A DNA stretch of 55,297 nucleotides, counting the filler, from Streblomastix strix (lineage: Eukaryota), in NCBI GenBank assembly GCA_008636045.1. It is 3 parts of 3 records of this genome, joined end to end, with 100 filler letters (N's around TTAATTAATTAA, not from the genome) between each part and the next. Parts side by side here need not be neighbours in the genome. Positions count along the whole stretch, not along the records: positions 1 to 18,378 come from SNRW01000610.1; 2 more parts are not named here. One strand, written 5' to 3'. The notes under the pieces were generated by a model, which saw nothing but the letters and a program-made list of their open reading frames with translations, made no database searches and was not told the origin of the DNA. Made by a program: the position numbers and the translations under genes. Shown here one piece after another: positions 1 through 12,700 of the stretch. Each line of letters opens with the position of its first letter. Within the stretch, counting starts at the first letter, position 1.

Positions 1-2
1 AA

Positions 3-602
3 AACGAACAGAAAAAAGAATAAGAACATGAATGCAATCATTGTTGTAAACATGAATCTTAACTTCTTTGTTTTCTTGTTTCTATATTATTTATATTGCA
101 ATAGAAATCATAACCTCTGAAAGAGATTAGATCCATACTTCAAATGATTACTTCATAAATTAAGTCCAATGAAATAAATGAAATGGAATAAAGAGAAAAA
201 GAAATTTGTGAAATTAATTCAAATTGTGAATTTATTTGGAATAGAACAATTCAATAACTTTAATAATAAAAATACATTTCTGAAATATATTCTTCTATTT
301 CTCAATATATTTCCTATCAAACCGTCTTCATGATTAATATTCAACCACCTTTATTTATTGAGATGTAAAATCGAATGATTGATTTATCGACAGATTGCAA
401 CTTCAGTAAAAGTTTAACTTAAATTTTCAATGAATTCCTTATGGATATTTGCCAAGAATCCTAAAATGAAAATAAAATAAGAGAATAAAATGAGGATTAA
501 GATAATAAATAGATTTAATAAAGGAAGAGAAGAAGAATTGATGCTGAAGAAGTTGATGAATATGAAATATTGAAATAATAATAAAACGAGTATAATAATA
601 AT

Positions 603-661
<59 letters not shown>

Positions 662-679
662 TAATAATAATAATAATAA

Positions 680-751
<72 letters not shown>

Positions 752-824
752 TAATAATAATAATAATAAATATAATAATAATAATAATAAAATAATAAAA
801 TAATAAATATTATAAATAATTTGA
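3..824 (+). CDS. 3' part of hypothetical protein (5'-truncated), running into poly-Asn (AAT)n
   Basis: With TAR=Gln the frame from nt 3 is open (NEQKKEQEHECNHCCKHESQLLCFLVSILF...QRKRRRIDAEEVDEY), with E/Q/N-rich composition like the other genes here. First TGA is 822-824; the true end is uncertain. Confidence 0.55.
593..800. repeat. (AAT)n microsatellite, ~200 bp, with a few AAA/TAT interruptions
   Basis: Directly visible; it produces the spurious poly-Leu ORF 515..859. Confidence 0.97.
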
Positions 825-828
825 ATAC

Positions 829-1328
829 CCAAAAATATTCTTCTTTTCAACTTTCCCACATTCTTTTATATTAACTTACATTCATTGCGCAAGTTTACGT
901 AAATCATCAACTTTTAGCAAATTTAAAAGATTTATTAAATCAATTTCCTCAATTTCATAATGTTTAATTTATCTTTTCCCTGAAATAATATTTTATCTTT
1001 TCCATTTAATTATCTCAATCATTCCTTTCTGTTCCAACTCTTCCAGAATTTATGAAAACTCTTCTTTATTCAAATCTTTGAAATATTTCTGCCAAATGTC
1101 GGAATAACTCAAAAACCATGGACCTTTGCGAAGTATCATCCGAGAGATGCATTGTCATCCATGTTCACTAACTCAACAAAATATTCTTAATATGTCAGTT
1201 TCTATCTAACTTAAAAGTGACCCATATTAGGAGACAGTTGAAAGTAATATCGTTTCAATATCTTGAAGCACCCATGGGTTCTTATCTACAATTGATTCTT
1301 ACAAAACTGGTCCATTTTCATCTGCCAT
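829..1328 (-). CDS. FAN1: Fanconi-associated nuclease 1, N-terminal winged-helix + SAP region (fragment; 3 in-frame TGA)
   Basis: Translation NPWVLQDIETILLSTVSQYGSLLSQIETDILRIFC*VSEHG*QCISRMILRKGPWF...LEELEQKGMIE...LLNLLKVDDLRKLAQ*MQV matches the remembered FAN1 pattern (F..LS..xQ.L..RL..RKGPWF; L..L...ELK.LAK). Possible GT donor at 828. Confidence 0.75.
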
Positions 1329-1853
1329 CTGATAATTTATAAATTAAATGAATTAGATTAAAAAGGGGGAAAATTGAATTAGTTTTAAAAATATATATTC
1401 ATTGTATTAGATAATAATTATGATTATTAGGATTAAGTATATAATTCTAAACTTTTCCATGTGGCTGGCTCACTTTTTATTCATGATTCTATTTTATAAA
1501 AATAAAATGTTGTTTCTCGTTACATAGTAGAAAAAGCATTATTTTTGATAATTATATTATATTTATAACTTATAATAAACATGAAAATAATAACTTCATT
1601 ATTGATGCATGTTTATGTGTGGAGAAATTAGCGATTTACTTTGAAAGATTTTCTGCGTAATTTGATAAGTGTTATTTGGGATAATAAAGGTTTATTAATA
1701 TAAGATAATCATTGATTGATTTAATTTTAATGTACATGTATTCTTATTGATACAAAACTGATATTCAACAGAAAAACAATCTGCAGTTTTGGGGAATAAT
1801 CGAATTAAATAATTAGCACCACATAGAGCAGAAGAGTTATTATACAAAATATA

Positions 1854-3979
1854 ATGTCATAAATTACTGAAAAATGTAAGTAACCCAACAATCTTGTCTT
1901 CGAATCGTGCCTTGCAAAAGCGAATAGCGCAATTATTGCAGAAAAAACTGCAGGACTTTCTGCACTTCATAAGCTGCTCATATAAATGAATGACACTGAA
2001 TTTCAAATTAATATGCGTGTTTAGCACTTTGATATGCTATGTTCGCTATATAATGACTCGACTGGAGACATGAAAAATCTAATAATTGAATCTGCTTGCA
2101 TTGTTTGTGAATATGCTGTACGACAAGCTATTGAACGCGATTCAAAAAAGATTAAGTTTAATATTTACAGGCATGATATATGTGAGGGTATAATATAATA
2201 ATTAGATTCTGGATTTAAAGTCTCTAGCTCTTCAATCTACTTCTTAGCTTTCTCTCAATTTGGGCTATTAATCGACCCATATTATTTTGATATTATATTG
2301 AATGAGGTTACATAAGATCTTCAGGTGCCATAGAATGTAAATTCCAACAATATTTAAACCAGAAAATCTCTTACAGCACTAGCAAGTCTTTTTATATGTA
2401 ATAGTTTGCTTTATCTTTTCTTTATAATTTACTTTTATTATATTGTTTATTATTTGTTTTGATTCTTACAGAGAATATCAAACTAATATAAAAATAAAAT
2501 TTACATAGATTATTAGCCCCATTCACCCATGATCGAAACAAATAAAATGCAGGACTTGCATTTGCTTCACTTAGATGGTGTTGTGAAAGCAGAAAACAAA
2601 AATTGGAACTTTTAGATAGATTTCAAATAATTGATTCAATTGATTATTGTATTCCTACCATTGATGGCCTTCAAATCGTTGATACAAATATAGATTCAGA
2701 AAATATTGGAGATTATAGTAGTAAAACATATTAACAAATAAGATTGGCACTTTCTTTTACAGCTGCATTGTTTGCTAACTTAGGAGATGATGCTGGAAGA
2801 ATTGTTCATAGACATTCACTTGTGACAAAACTTAGCAATTATGCAACACTGAATCTATTTGTATAACATAACAGTGAGAAAGAGAAATCTTAATATGAAA
2901 TAGAAAATGAATAAAATGAAGAAAAATATAATCAAGAGAATAAATATGAGAAAATCCCAAATTTATCCTCATCATAATCCTAATAAAAAGAATTTAATAC
3001 TGATGATTCAAATTTAAGATAAAACACTCTTTAATTACTTCCTCCAACTTCAATTGAGAAAAATTAAATTGTTGATGAAGCTTTACATGTATTGTGCAAT
3101 TTATTCTGTTCAGTGTCATTACGAGAGAAGAGAGAACTTATTTAAATGGAAGTATTTGTTAATGCACTTGTATGTGAATTTGGGAATGTAGATGTTGGTC
3201 GTGCATCAGTCATGCACAGAATGTCAATTCTCTGTAAAATATTTAATAATCTTGACTCATTTGTTAAAGACCAAAAAAAGATCAAAATACAACGACTGAT
3301 GATAAATAGAAAATAATAACAACATTCCCATTAAAAAGAATTAGAAAGAGAATAAGAAAGGATTTATAATATTGAATAAGCTGAGAATAATTTCATTATC
3401 TAAAATATTGCTAATCAATTTTAATAGACAAATTTTATTCAAGAGACTCCATTTAATATGGATTATTCATATTCTTCATAATTTCCTTCTTTTCTTCCAT
3501 CATAATTAATTCTTCCAAATGATATTTTGAATTAAAATTCACTATTAAACCCATTTATTATATAACCTATTCAACCTTCCTTGTGTTTAAACTTACCATT
3601 CATTCTTCCTCCTTTTATTCCACAATAATAATTTTCTTAGACAAATATTTTATAAAATAATTCAAATAATGAATTGAAATATAATTTTGTCAGAAATGAT
3701 AATATAAAATAAGAAAATAATGAATAAAAATGTTAAGAAAATATTTTATGCAGAAATGAATAAATTGAGAAAGAATTTGATGAAGACGAAGAAAGATAAT
3801 ATAAAGATGCAGAAAATGAAAGCAAACTAAATGAAACACTTACAGAAGAAATTAAAAGAACTATAATGAAGAAATTGGAAAAACATGGATTCTTTGAAGA
3901 TTTTGAAAAGATGAGGAGTCATTCTCAAGAATCAATACGGAAGAAAGCAGAAGAATTATCAAAATTTTTCCCTTGTTGA
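1854..3979 (+). CDS. ARM-repeat, importin-alpha-like protein (669 codons, introns 1876-1920 and 2398-2471)
   Basis: ATG at 1854; two GT-AG introns give a continuous frame under TAR=Gln. Helical ARM-like segments (EALHVLCNLF) and C-terminus KHGFFEDFEKMRSHSQESIRKKAEELSKFF resemble the importin-alpha last repeat. Stop TGA 3977-3979. Confidence 0.7.
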
Positions 3980-4383
3980 AATGGATTCTCAAATTGTTGA
4001 TTGTAATTTTATAAATATCAATCCTTCTTAAATTTGCTAAAAATTCATTTTATTTAATGAAATGGTGTTAAAGTTAAAAAATAGGTACATGTCATTTGGA
4101 TTTCTTTTTCTTTTGATCAACACCAGGAGTAGATACCTGACCATCAGATGTACTGTTTTCATTAATTATTGGAAGTGCATTTGCAAGATTGGAATAATAT
4201 CAAATTATTAGCATGGAAAGAAAAGTTTAAAAAAATTTAAAATAATTTATAAGGTGATTTAGATTGTGTAATTATGATAAATTTATTCTAAATTACTAAA
4301 TATAACTATGAGAATTTATATAAAATTATATCAGTACAAATAAAGTGAATGAAATTGTTTAAATGATAAATAATTAATCATAC

Positions 4384-4493
4384 TTTGAAAGATAAAATAA
4401 ATAGTGATTTGAAAGATAAAATAAATAGTGATTTGAAAGATAAAATAAATAGTGATTTGAAAGATAAAATAAATAGTGATTTGAAAGATAAAA
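4384..4493. repeat. 24-bp minisatellite TTTGAAAGATAAAATAAATAGTGA, 4 perfect copies plus a partial copy
   Basis: Directly visible; degenerate copies continue to ~4540. Intergenic between convergent genes. Confidence 0.95.
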
Positions 4494-4722
4494 AAAATTT
4501 GTGATGTGAATAATAAAAAATTAGTGATGTGTAATAAAAAATTGTTTAATTAAAATTAAAAAATAATTAAATGAATAATAATAACATTAACAACATTAAT
4601 AACATTAATAATAACAATAATTATTATTATTAAAATTATGAAAAAAATATCTGAAATGGGAAGAAAATTATACACGTTTATATATTCTTTTCGTTATACC
4701 AACAAAAGCTAATAATATTTCA

Positions 4723-6443
4723 TCAATTATAAATATTAATATCATACATGTTTCCAAATGAATCTCCTTCTAATTATTCATATCCATTTCCCATATTGAG
4801 TTCATCATTAAATATACCATCCTCACTCAAAGTGAAGTCCAATGAATCACCATTCATTTCATAACAATCAAACGTATTCTAATTTCCGTTATATAAATGT
4901 TCTCCAAATTCATTTCCTTAATCTTGAGTCTGAATGTTACATTAATTTGGAAGATATTACTAGAATTGAAGTTATGGGGATATGGATCTGCCACTTGGAG
5001 CTACAATGTTGTTAATTTAATATGAATAAGAAGCAGCTTATTATGGGAATGAATATGATTATGTATATGATTTAGTTGTTTATTGTGGAAAAATAGGAAG
5101 TGACTGCATTGAAGTTTGGGGAGAAGATGGAGTAGATTACAATGTTGAATATTATGGATTAAATGAAGAAGATGAAGAATATGATAGTGGATATTATTAT
5201 GTAGGCTAATTGCATTAACAATCTAATGAGAATGGTGGGAATGGTGCTAATTATGTCTAGAAATTAGGGAATTGTGTATTCAATGCCGAATACTGATTTG
5301 CATATTGGTAATATTAATTTTATTGTCTTTCAATTTGATTTTGTTTCCATAAGTTCTTATTTGCATTATTTTACTATGAATATTTATTTTATTTTATTCT
5401 ATTTGGAGTTCTTATATTATATTTTGATTTCTTATTTCCAGTTGAAATCTTTTTAGTTTTCTATTTACTCACAGAAATTCCTTCATTTGATTCACTGTCA
5501 CTTTCTTCTTCCTCATTATATTCATATTCATCATCATCACCATCATCACTATTATCCAGTTATTATCTTGTTCTCTTTCTTGGTCTTCCAACTTTCTTCT
5601 TAATATTATCCATTTCAGTTGCCTTATTATTATCTTTATCTTCTTCAAATTAATCATCCATTTATATCTCCATTCTTTAATTATCTATTTGTCTCTTATT
5701 TTCATATGCTGATTTATTTTATCTGATTTATGTTCCATCTTTAATTGGAAGAGGAGGAGTATATTAAGTATCAGTTGGGAATGAAGAATCACCAAATTTG
5801 ATTATTTATTAATTTTATCCTTGAATTTATGAGTGATTTATATTCTATGATATTAATCCCCTTTCTGCTTCAATAATTTATGATTTTTGTACTTATATTT
5901 TCAGTTTTCTTTTATATTAATCATCTTTCAACACGGATGACTTAATTTCATCTTCTTTAATTGGATCAGCATTTCCTTCAAATAAAACAGTCTTTATTCC
6001 TTTACCTCTATTTTAACTTTTATTATTCTAATTGATATCAAATTATTAAATATTATTTTCAGAGTCTGATGTTTTATTGTTTGTTTCAGGGTTATCTATC
6101 TAATATTCTTTATCCATCTTCATATCTTTTTCTTTATTGTGTTATTCATGGTCTTCTGAGATAGTAATTTATTACACACAAATATAAAAATAAAATATAA
6201 ACATCAACATAATAAAATGGTATACCTTTCTTGTTTTGAGGGCCACGTCGTTTTACTGGGTTTTCATATTTACACTCAACATTTTTCAATCTGCATGCAG
6301 AGCATTAAGGCTGCAATACATCACATTTAATCCTTCTAAAATACATATTATACATTAATATAAATATTAGAAATTATAAGTTGGAACTACTTCTTCCTGC
6401 ACAAATCACAGGCACGATCAGCAACAATACGAATGACACTCAT
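4723..6443 (-). CDS. Zn(II)2Cys6 binuclear cluster (GAL4-type) transcription factor (532 codons, introns 6390-6336 and 6225-6156)
   Basis: Spliced N-terminus RACDLCRKKRIKCDVLQPQCSACRLKNVECKYENPVKRRGP fits C-x2-C-x6-C-x6-C-x2-C-x6-C plus the KRRGP linker. Followed by acidic and S/P/Q-rich regions; ends TGA TGA. Confidence 0.9.
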
Positions 6444-6738
6444 TTTCTGCACTGTTTTATGAGAAAAGTTTATGATAATAAGGGGAAAAAATAAAAATAA
6501 TGAAATACATGAAATAAATTAAAAATTAGTTGTGAATTTCTTTGTGTACAGCGCTCAATGAGTGATTTAATAAAAAATATTGATATATGTACATACACTT
6601 TAAATTTCATAAACTATGTCTTGAAATTAACTTAATTAAAAATAGTCATTGAATGTCCAATATATAAAAAGAAAAATAAAGATCTTTACAAGAGTTTGCT
6701 TTTATTTATAAAATAATAACTAGATTTTTTGTAAGAAC

Positions 6739-9700
6739 TCATTAGCCATACAGCAATGTAATAGCACGATCTTTTTCAAGTGCGACAGCAATAATTTCCA
6801 ATGTATTTGATTCCCGTTCTTTTCGTAATTTTTCCAGATTCTCAATCATTTCAATAATAGTATCTTTGGGAACTTGTTAAAGATCGCCCATATTCCCACC
6901 TTCACCAATAGTATCAAAGTTAATCTTAATGTTATGCTTTATTTGTTCTTTATTACCATCTTTTTCTTCTTCTATCCAGCTATTAAGATCAATAATATTA
7001 ATAATATCATCAAATAATCTTTCTCTCTCAATATTCTATTAACCAATGAATACATTATTTCCCCAAACATCAAATCTTTTCATTATTTATGATTAATTAT
7101 CTTTATCCTATTCAACTTAATTCAGATTATATAATGAAGGATAAATGTGAGGATATTAATGAATAATTTTATATTCTTTATTTGATGGTTATAATTAATT
7201 TGAATCCTATTACATCTTGTTATTCAGTTTCATTTAATCAGTTTCTTCTTCTTTTTCATCAAATAGTTTATGGGTCTTTTCAATGAAATTTTGATTATCA
7301 GTAAAGCTCAATAAGAATAATTTAACCAATACATTTACAATAGTAATAACTTTTCCAAGTTATGAGAAGATTATTGCTGAATGTGATGGAGAATTTATTT
7401 CTGCAATAAAATTATTGTCATTCTTATTCTCATCTCTATTTAATTTTTCAGTATTAATCTCATTATTATTATTATACTCCTCATTTCTAATTATATCTAA
7501 TTCTTTTTCAAATTTCTTCATCTATTATTTTTCTAGAATGTTTATATTAAATCCAAATCTTTTAAAAGGAAAGAATAATTAATTCTTCAGTGTTGGATAC
7601 GTAAGAGAAAGAAAAAATGGAATTCCCATTTATAATTCTACCTTTACTGGACTTATGAAATACTAGAACTCATTAAATGTATGAGATTATTAGATTCTAC
7701 TATCAATTATATTATTTTCTTTCTGTATAATATTCTCTCTTTCAGGTTTATTGAGATTAAGACACATTTCCTTCCCACAAACTTCAATATCTAATTCAAC
7801 AATCATATCTTCATCTTTCTTCATTCCAATATTATCTACTTTAATCTTTCCATTCATTATTTCAGCAATCAGATATTTATCTTACTTTTCATATTCTTAT
7901 TCTTTATATTCATACTCCTCTCTGCAATAATCATCTTCCTCATCTTCATTAGTAAATACTCCATCATAGAATGTAATATCGTTTTCTTTATTTTTTAATT
8001 TATTATCTTTCTTTTTCTCTTTCTTGACTTCATTCCATACTGTTCCAAGAATAAGACTTATATTTTACATGTTAATATTAACTTGGACAGGAATAGAAGG
8101 TGACGATTATATTTTAACTGGGAGAAAGAATAGAAAGAAGGAAATAACAACAGATTCTGGAGGAAATGAGAATGATTAATGATATGATGGTAATTAAGAC
8201 TAAATTTCATCATAATTCATTTCTATCATATCTTATTCCTTATATTAATTGTCAGAATAACTCTGATCATTCTATTTCTATTCAATAATCTCATTCTCAT
8301 TGGATAAAGCAGCACAACCTCTAATAGATCTCATATTGATATTAACTTTTGTAGGAGGAATCTATTAATTTATTTGTATTTACTCTTTAATATATTAAGA
8401 TAAAGAATCAATATAAGACTTGTCAGTTGCAGATTCGTCTGCTTATAATGATTCAGATGAAGATATCAAAATATTTTCATCATTCTGAGTTATTTGAGTT
8501 TAATTGGTTTCAATTCCTTTATTATCTTCTTATTCATCTATTTTATACTCATTAATATCTATTTCTTCATCTTCATCGTCTTCATCAATTTCTTCATCAT
8601 CCAAATCTTATTCACTTTCAGAATCTGGATCACTTTGTTTATTCCAAATATTATCTCTACTTTTTCTTTTCATTCTTTTAGTTTTATTTTAAGATTAAAC
8701 CAATTATGACTAAAATTATGAATTGTTTTTGATTTCATCATTAATTTTCTTTATATTAATTTTAATATCTTATTCTTTATTATTTGCTTAATTATTATTT
8801 TCATCTTCATTCCTTCTATCACATCTCTCAATATCATCATATTCTTTCTCAATTAATTTATTTTTCTATGTTTCTTTTTATTCTTAATAATTAATCCAAT
8901 AATCAAAAGCTTCTTTTGGATTCACAGATTTGGGGAAAATAAATTATTTTGGTGGAATAACTGGTACTTACAACTCAAGCGTTAATATTGTCTAGTCTTT
9001 TTCTTTATTGCTATCATAATTAATTTCATTAAGTTATTCTTTCTTTTTATCATCTTCATTCGAAAGGTCACAGTCTTATTCAATATTCTTCCACACAAGC
9101 ATTCTTTGTCCAATTGAATTAACAGAAAGTGGAGAATATGCAGTTGCATCATTTACTGATATTTTCATATTTAATAATCCCCATTAAGAATATTATTAAG
9201 TATTTTATTGAGATGAATATAATGATGATGATGGTTAAGGAAGTTGTGGAATGATATTGAATTTGATACCAGATGCTGAAGCTGAAATGAATATTATCTG
9301 ATAAAATATAAAAAATTAAATAAAATAGAATAGTATAATAGAAATGAAAATAAATCGTTTAATTGTTGTCATATCAAACTTCTTTCAAATCTTCATCTTT
9401 TTCATCATCTAATTCTTCATTATTTTTTTCCTCTCCTTCTTTCAATTAGTTTAACAATTATTTATTTCTATTATTAATCTTCTATTCGTATTTAATAACT
9501 TAATAAGGTTTAGTCAATGCAAGATCCAGAATCTTTTAATTTATTTCTTCGTCCCAACTTGATCCTTGTTCATTTTGTAGAATTAGAGGAATGGGAAGGA
9601 AATGTTGGAGTATTGACTATGCAGCTGAATACTAATGGAATGGAGATGACTCAGATGTTGGTGTTGATGGAGTCTATTGGTTCTGTTTATTATTCTATTC

Positions 9701-12700
9701 TTTGTCTCCATCTAAATAATAAATTAAATTATTAATGTATTGTGGTGAATAAGATGGAACTGAAGATGGATGAGAGAATTAGGAAGGAGATACAATGGAT
9801 AGTTTCTTTATTTAATTCAGCCAATACTTTTCTGCAGAAACGTTTACGTTTAATTGATTTATAAAAGCATTGGCATTAACATTAAAAATAATAATTGGAA
9901 TATTTTAATTCTCATCTTATTTGCCTTTCTTTCCATTTTCTTATTAATTTTCATTTTATTCTTCAATTATTTTTTCTTTATCTATGTTATCATCTTTTAT
10001 TTTCTAATTAATTTGGATAATATCTTTAATTTTTTTAGCTTATTATTATATACGTAATAATACTTCATAAAAGTACTATAAAGAATAAACAAATGTATAC
10101 AAATACAAATGAGAGAATGATAAAGAAATGGAGCTAAATGTAATTGATGGATTGAGAGATATGGTGAATTAATGACATTTAATATTTTATTATTAAAGTT
10201 AAAATTATTAATCAATATCAATATCTTTACCGATTTTAGTGTTTATAATCTCTTTTTTATATTTTTCTTTTAAATCATCAATTGTTTCAATTACAGTTTT
10301 ATTAGAATTAGATGTTTATGAAAGTTTAATATTTGTTAAAAATGTGTTAAATGCTGATTATTAATAATCCTACGAATTATTTGATGAAAGTTGTAACTAA
10401 GAATGTGAAATATAATGATCTATATTTGCTTTCATTCCAAATTAAGCAGAAATTGGACTAATAATAAAATTCCATTATTATTTATTGTCATTGTGAAGAA
10501 GAGGTTGAAAAATAGATACAAAAAGTCCTTCAATATTCCCTTTGATTGAAAATTCGTATTAGTTTTGAATTATTTGTTTAATTTCTCCCTATTATTCATC
10601 AATTTTCTTATTTAAATCATCTTTATTTTCTTTTATATTTTCATTCATAATTGTTAATGGGCCAGTATGCAGTGTGATTAATGGAGAAAGGTCATTTCTT
10701 TTATTAAAATTTCTTCCATTAATTCTTTAATTTTCATAATCTTTGATTTCTTCCATTTTGAGTGGGAAGATAATTAAAAGATCAGAGATTTCACAATTCA
10801 TATCAATTTTTAATTGTTAGTGCTACTATATTTGCATTTATTAATTTAAATACTCTTCTTTCTTCTATCTAATATCCTCAATGATATTTTTCTTTTTCTT
10901 ATTGTACACATTTTCATTTTCATCTTCATCAGTTTCAAGTTCATCTAAAATCAATGTAATCAAATCAGATATATCGAATAAACTATTATTCTTTTTTTAT
11001 TCAACTAAATGATCCTAAAGTTGATTTTCTTAATTTTATTTTATTAATATTTATTTCTAATTAATATTTTTGTATTGAAAAGGAGATTATGAAGATGAAT
11101 GATTCAATTATGATTATATTGGTGCTGAATAATATGGAGGAGTTGGAATAGAAGATAAAGAAGGTAAGGATGAAGTATGTTATATGACTTTGTATTATTA
11201 GTAAGAAATAGACTTAAATGGTGTTTATTGTGATTCAAATGATTATTATTGTATTTATTATTAATTATTAGTGTTTGATTTAATATATTTTGTTTTTGGA
11301 AGAATGTTATATTATTAAGAAGGAGACAAAGATTTTGATTAATTTTCTTATTACTTTTTCTCCTCTTAAACTATTTTTTCTATTTTTTCCTATTAAATTT
11401 TCTTTTCCTCTTCTTCTTTCTGCTTTTCTTCATTTTATTTTTATTAAAAAATATTTTCTATGGTTTTTGCACTCAATTTAATTAGCTCTCTAAAATATAA
11501 ATAAAAGTCATTTAAGATTGTTTGTGGCAAATAAATATGTAAAGGAAGAATAAATAACCGTAATTTTAATTTGATCGATGGCTTTAATTTAACAAATGTT
11601 AATTTTGTTTCATTTTCTTCATTTTATTTAATTTACTTTTATGATTATGAAGAGCTCAATTATTTTTAAGCTTATAAAGGTGTTTAATTATTTTCATCTT
11701 ATTGTAATTTATAAGATTGTGTTATAATATCAGATGAAAGAATTTAAGTGTTAAGTGAAGTAGTTGAAATAGTTAATGAATTTATTGTAATATCATCATT
11801 CTATATTATTTTCTCATCTTCATTAAACTTCTTCTCATTTTAACCAATAATATAATATTATTACTTTAATTCTTTATTGTTATCATATTCAATGTTCTTA
11901 TAAATATTCACTTCATTCCAATCTTCTTCTATTTCTTTAATTTATTCAAAATCATTCATCTTATCTTTTATTTATTATATTTTCTTTTATTTTTATTTTA
12001 AGTCTTATTTTTAATCTATTTATTATTCTTTATCTTAATTAATTAAATCCCATTTATTTTCTCCTACATTCATCATTTATTAATCTTAATCCTTTTCTTC
12101 TAATTATTATAATTATATATATTGTTATTAATCAATAATATCAATGAATTTACTTTCTCTCTATAATTCAATATATAAATAAATAGATGGACGTGATGAT
12201 GGTAAAGAAATTGACGATTATGAAAAAGAAGGGAAAAAGATTCCAGTTTATATTTGATTGCCATCATTATATGAACTAGAAGATGAAGAACATTAAGAGT
12301 GTTCACTATTAATATCTTCTTCTTATATTTTCTGTTTTTATTTCCTCTATTCGTTTCTCTTTTTATATTTTTCAGTCTTTTCATTATTCCTGATCATTTT
12401 ATGTGTTTATTTAGTAAATTTAAATTCGGGTTAAGGTTGAAATGGATTGTAATTATGTAATTAATAAGATTAAGATTAAAATATTTACTTTAACTCGGTT
12501 CCTGTAAATGGCGATTAAATTTCTTAAGAATAAATATAGTTACTGTTAATTTATTATTTATTCTTCTTCTTTTGTTTCGCATTTTATTCAATTTCCTCTT
12601 TTATCTTTTTGATTTCTTTTAATTTCATTTATTCTTTCTCCAATTCTTATTGCTTTCTTTAATTCGACCATTTCCATCTTTCATTCTAAACATATTGTGT

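Noticed and set aside
841..1380. Plus-strand reading with apparent Trp-like TGAs (SIS*STHG, SAI*QF)
   Set aside because: The coding strand here is minus (FAN1 motifs).
4384..4493. 24-bp repeat as a CRISPR array
   Set aside because: Head-to-tail copies with no spacers, in a eukaryotic context.
9374..9376. Second in-frame TGA in the SHIP164-like gene
   Set aside because: It lies inside the 82-nt GT-AG intron 9379-9298, which is required to restore the frame.
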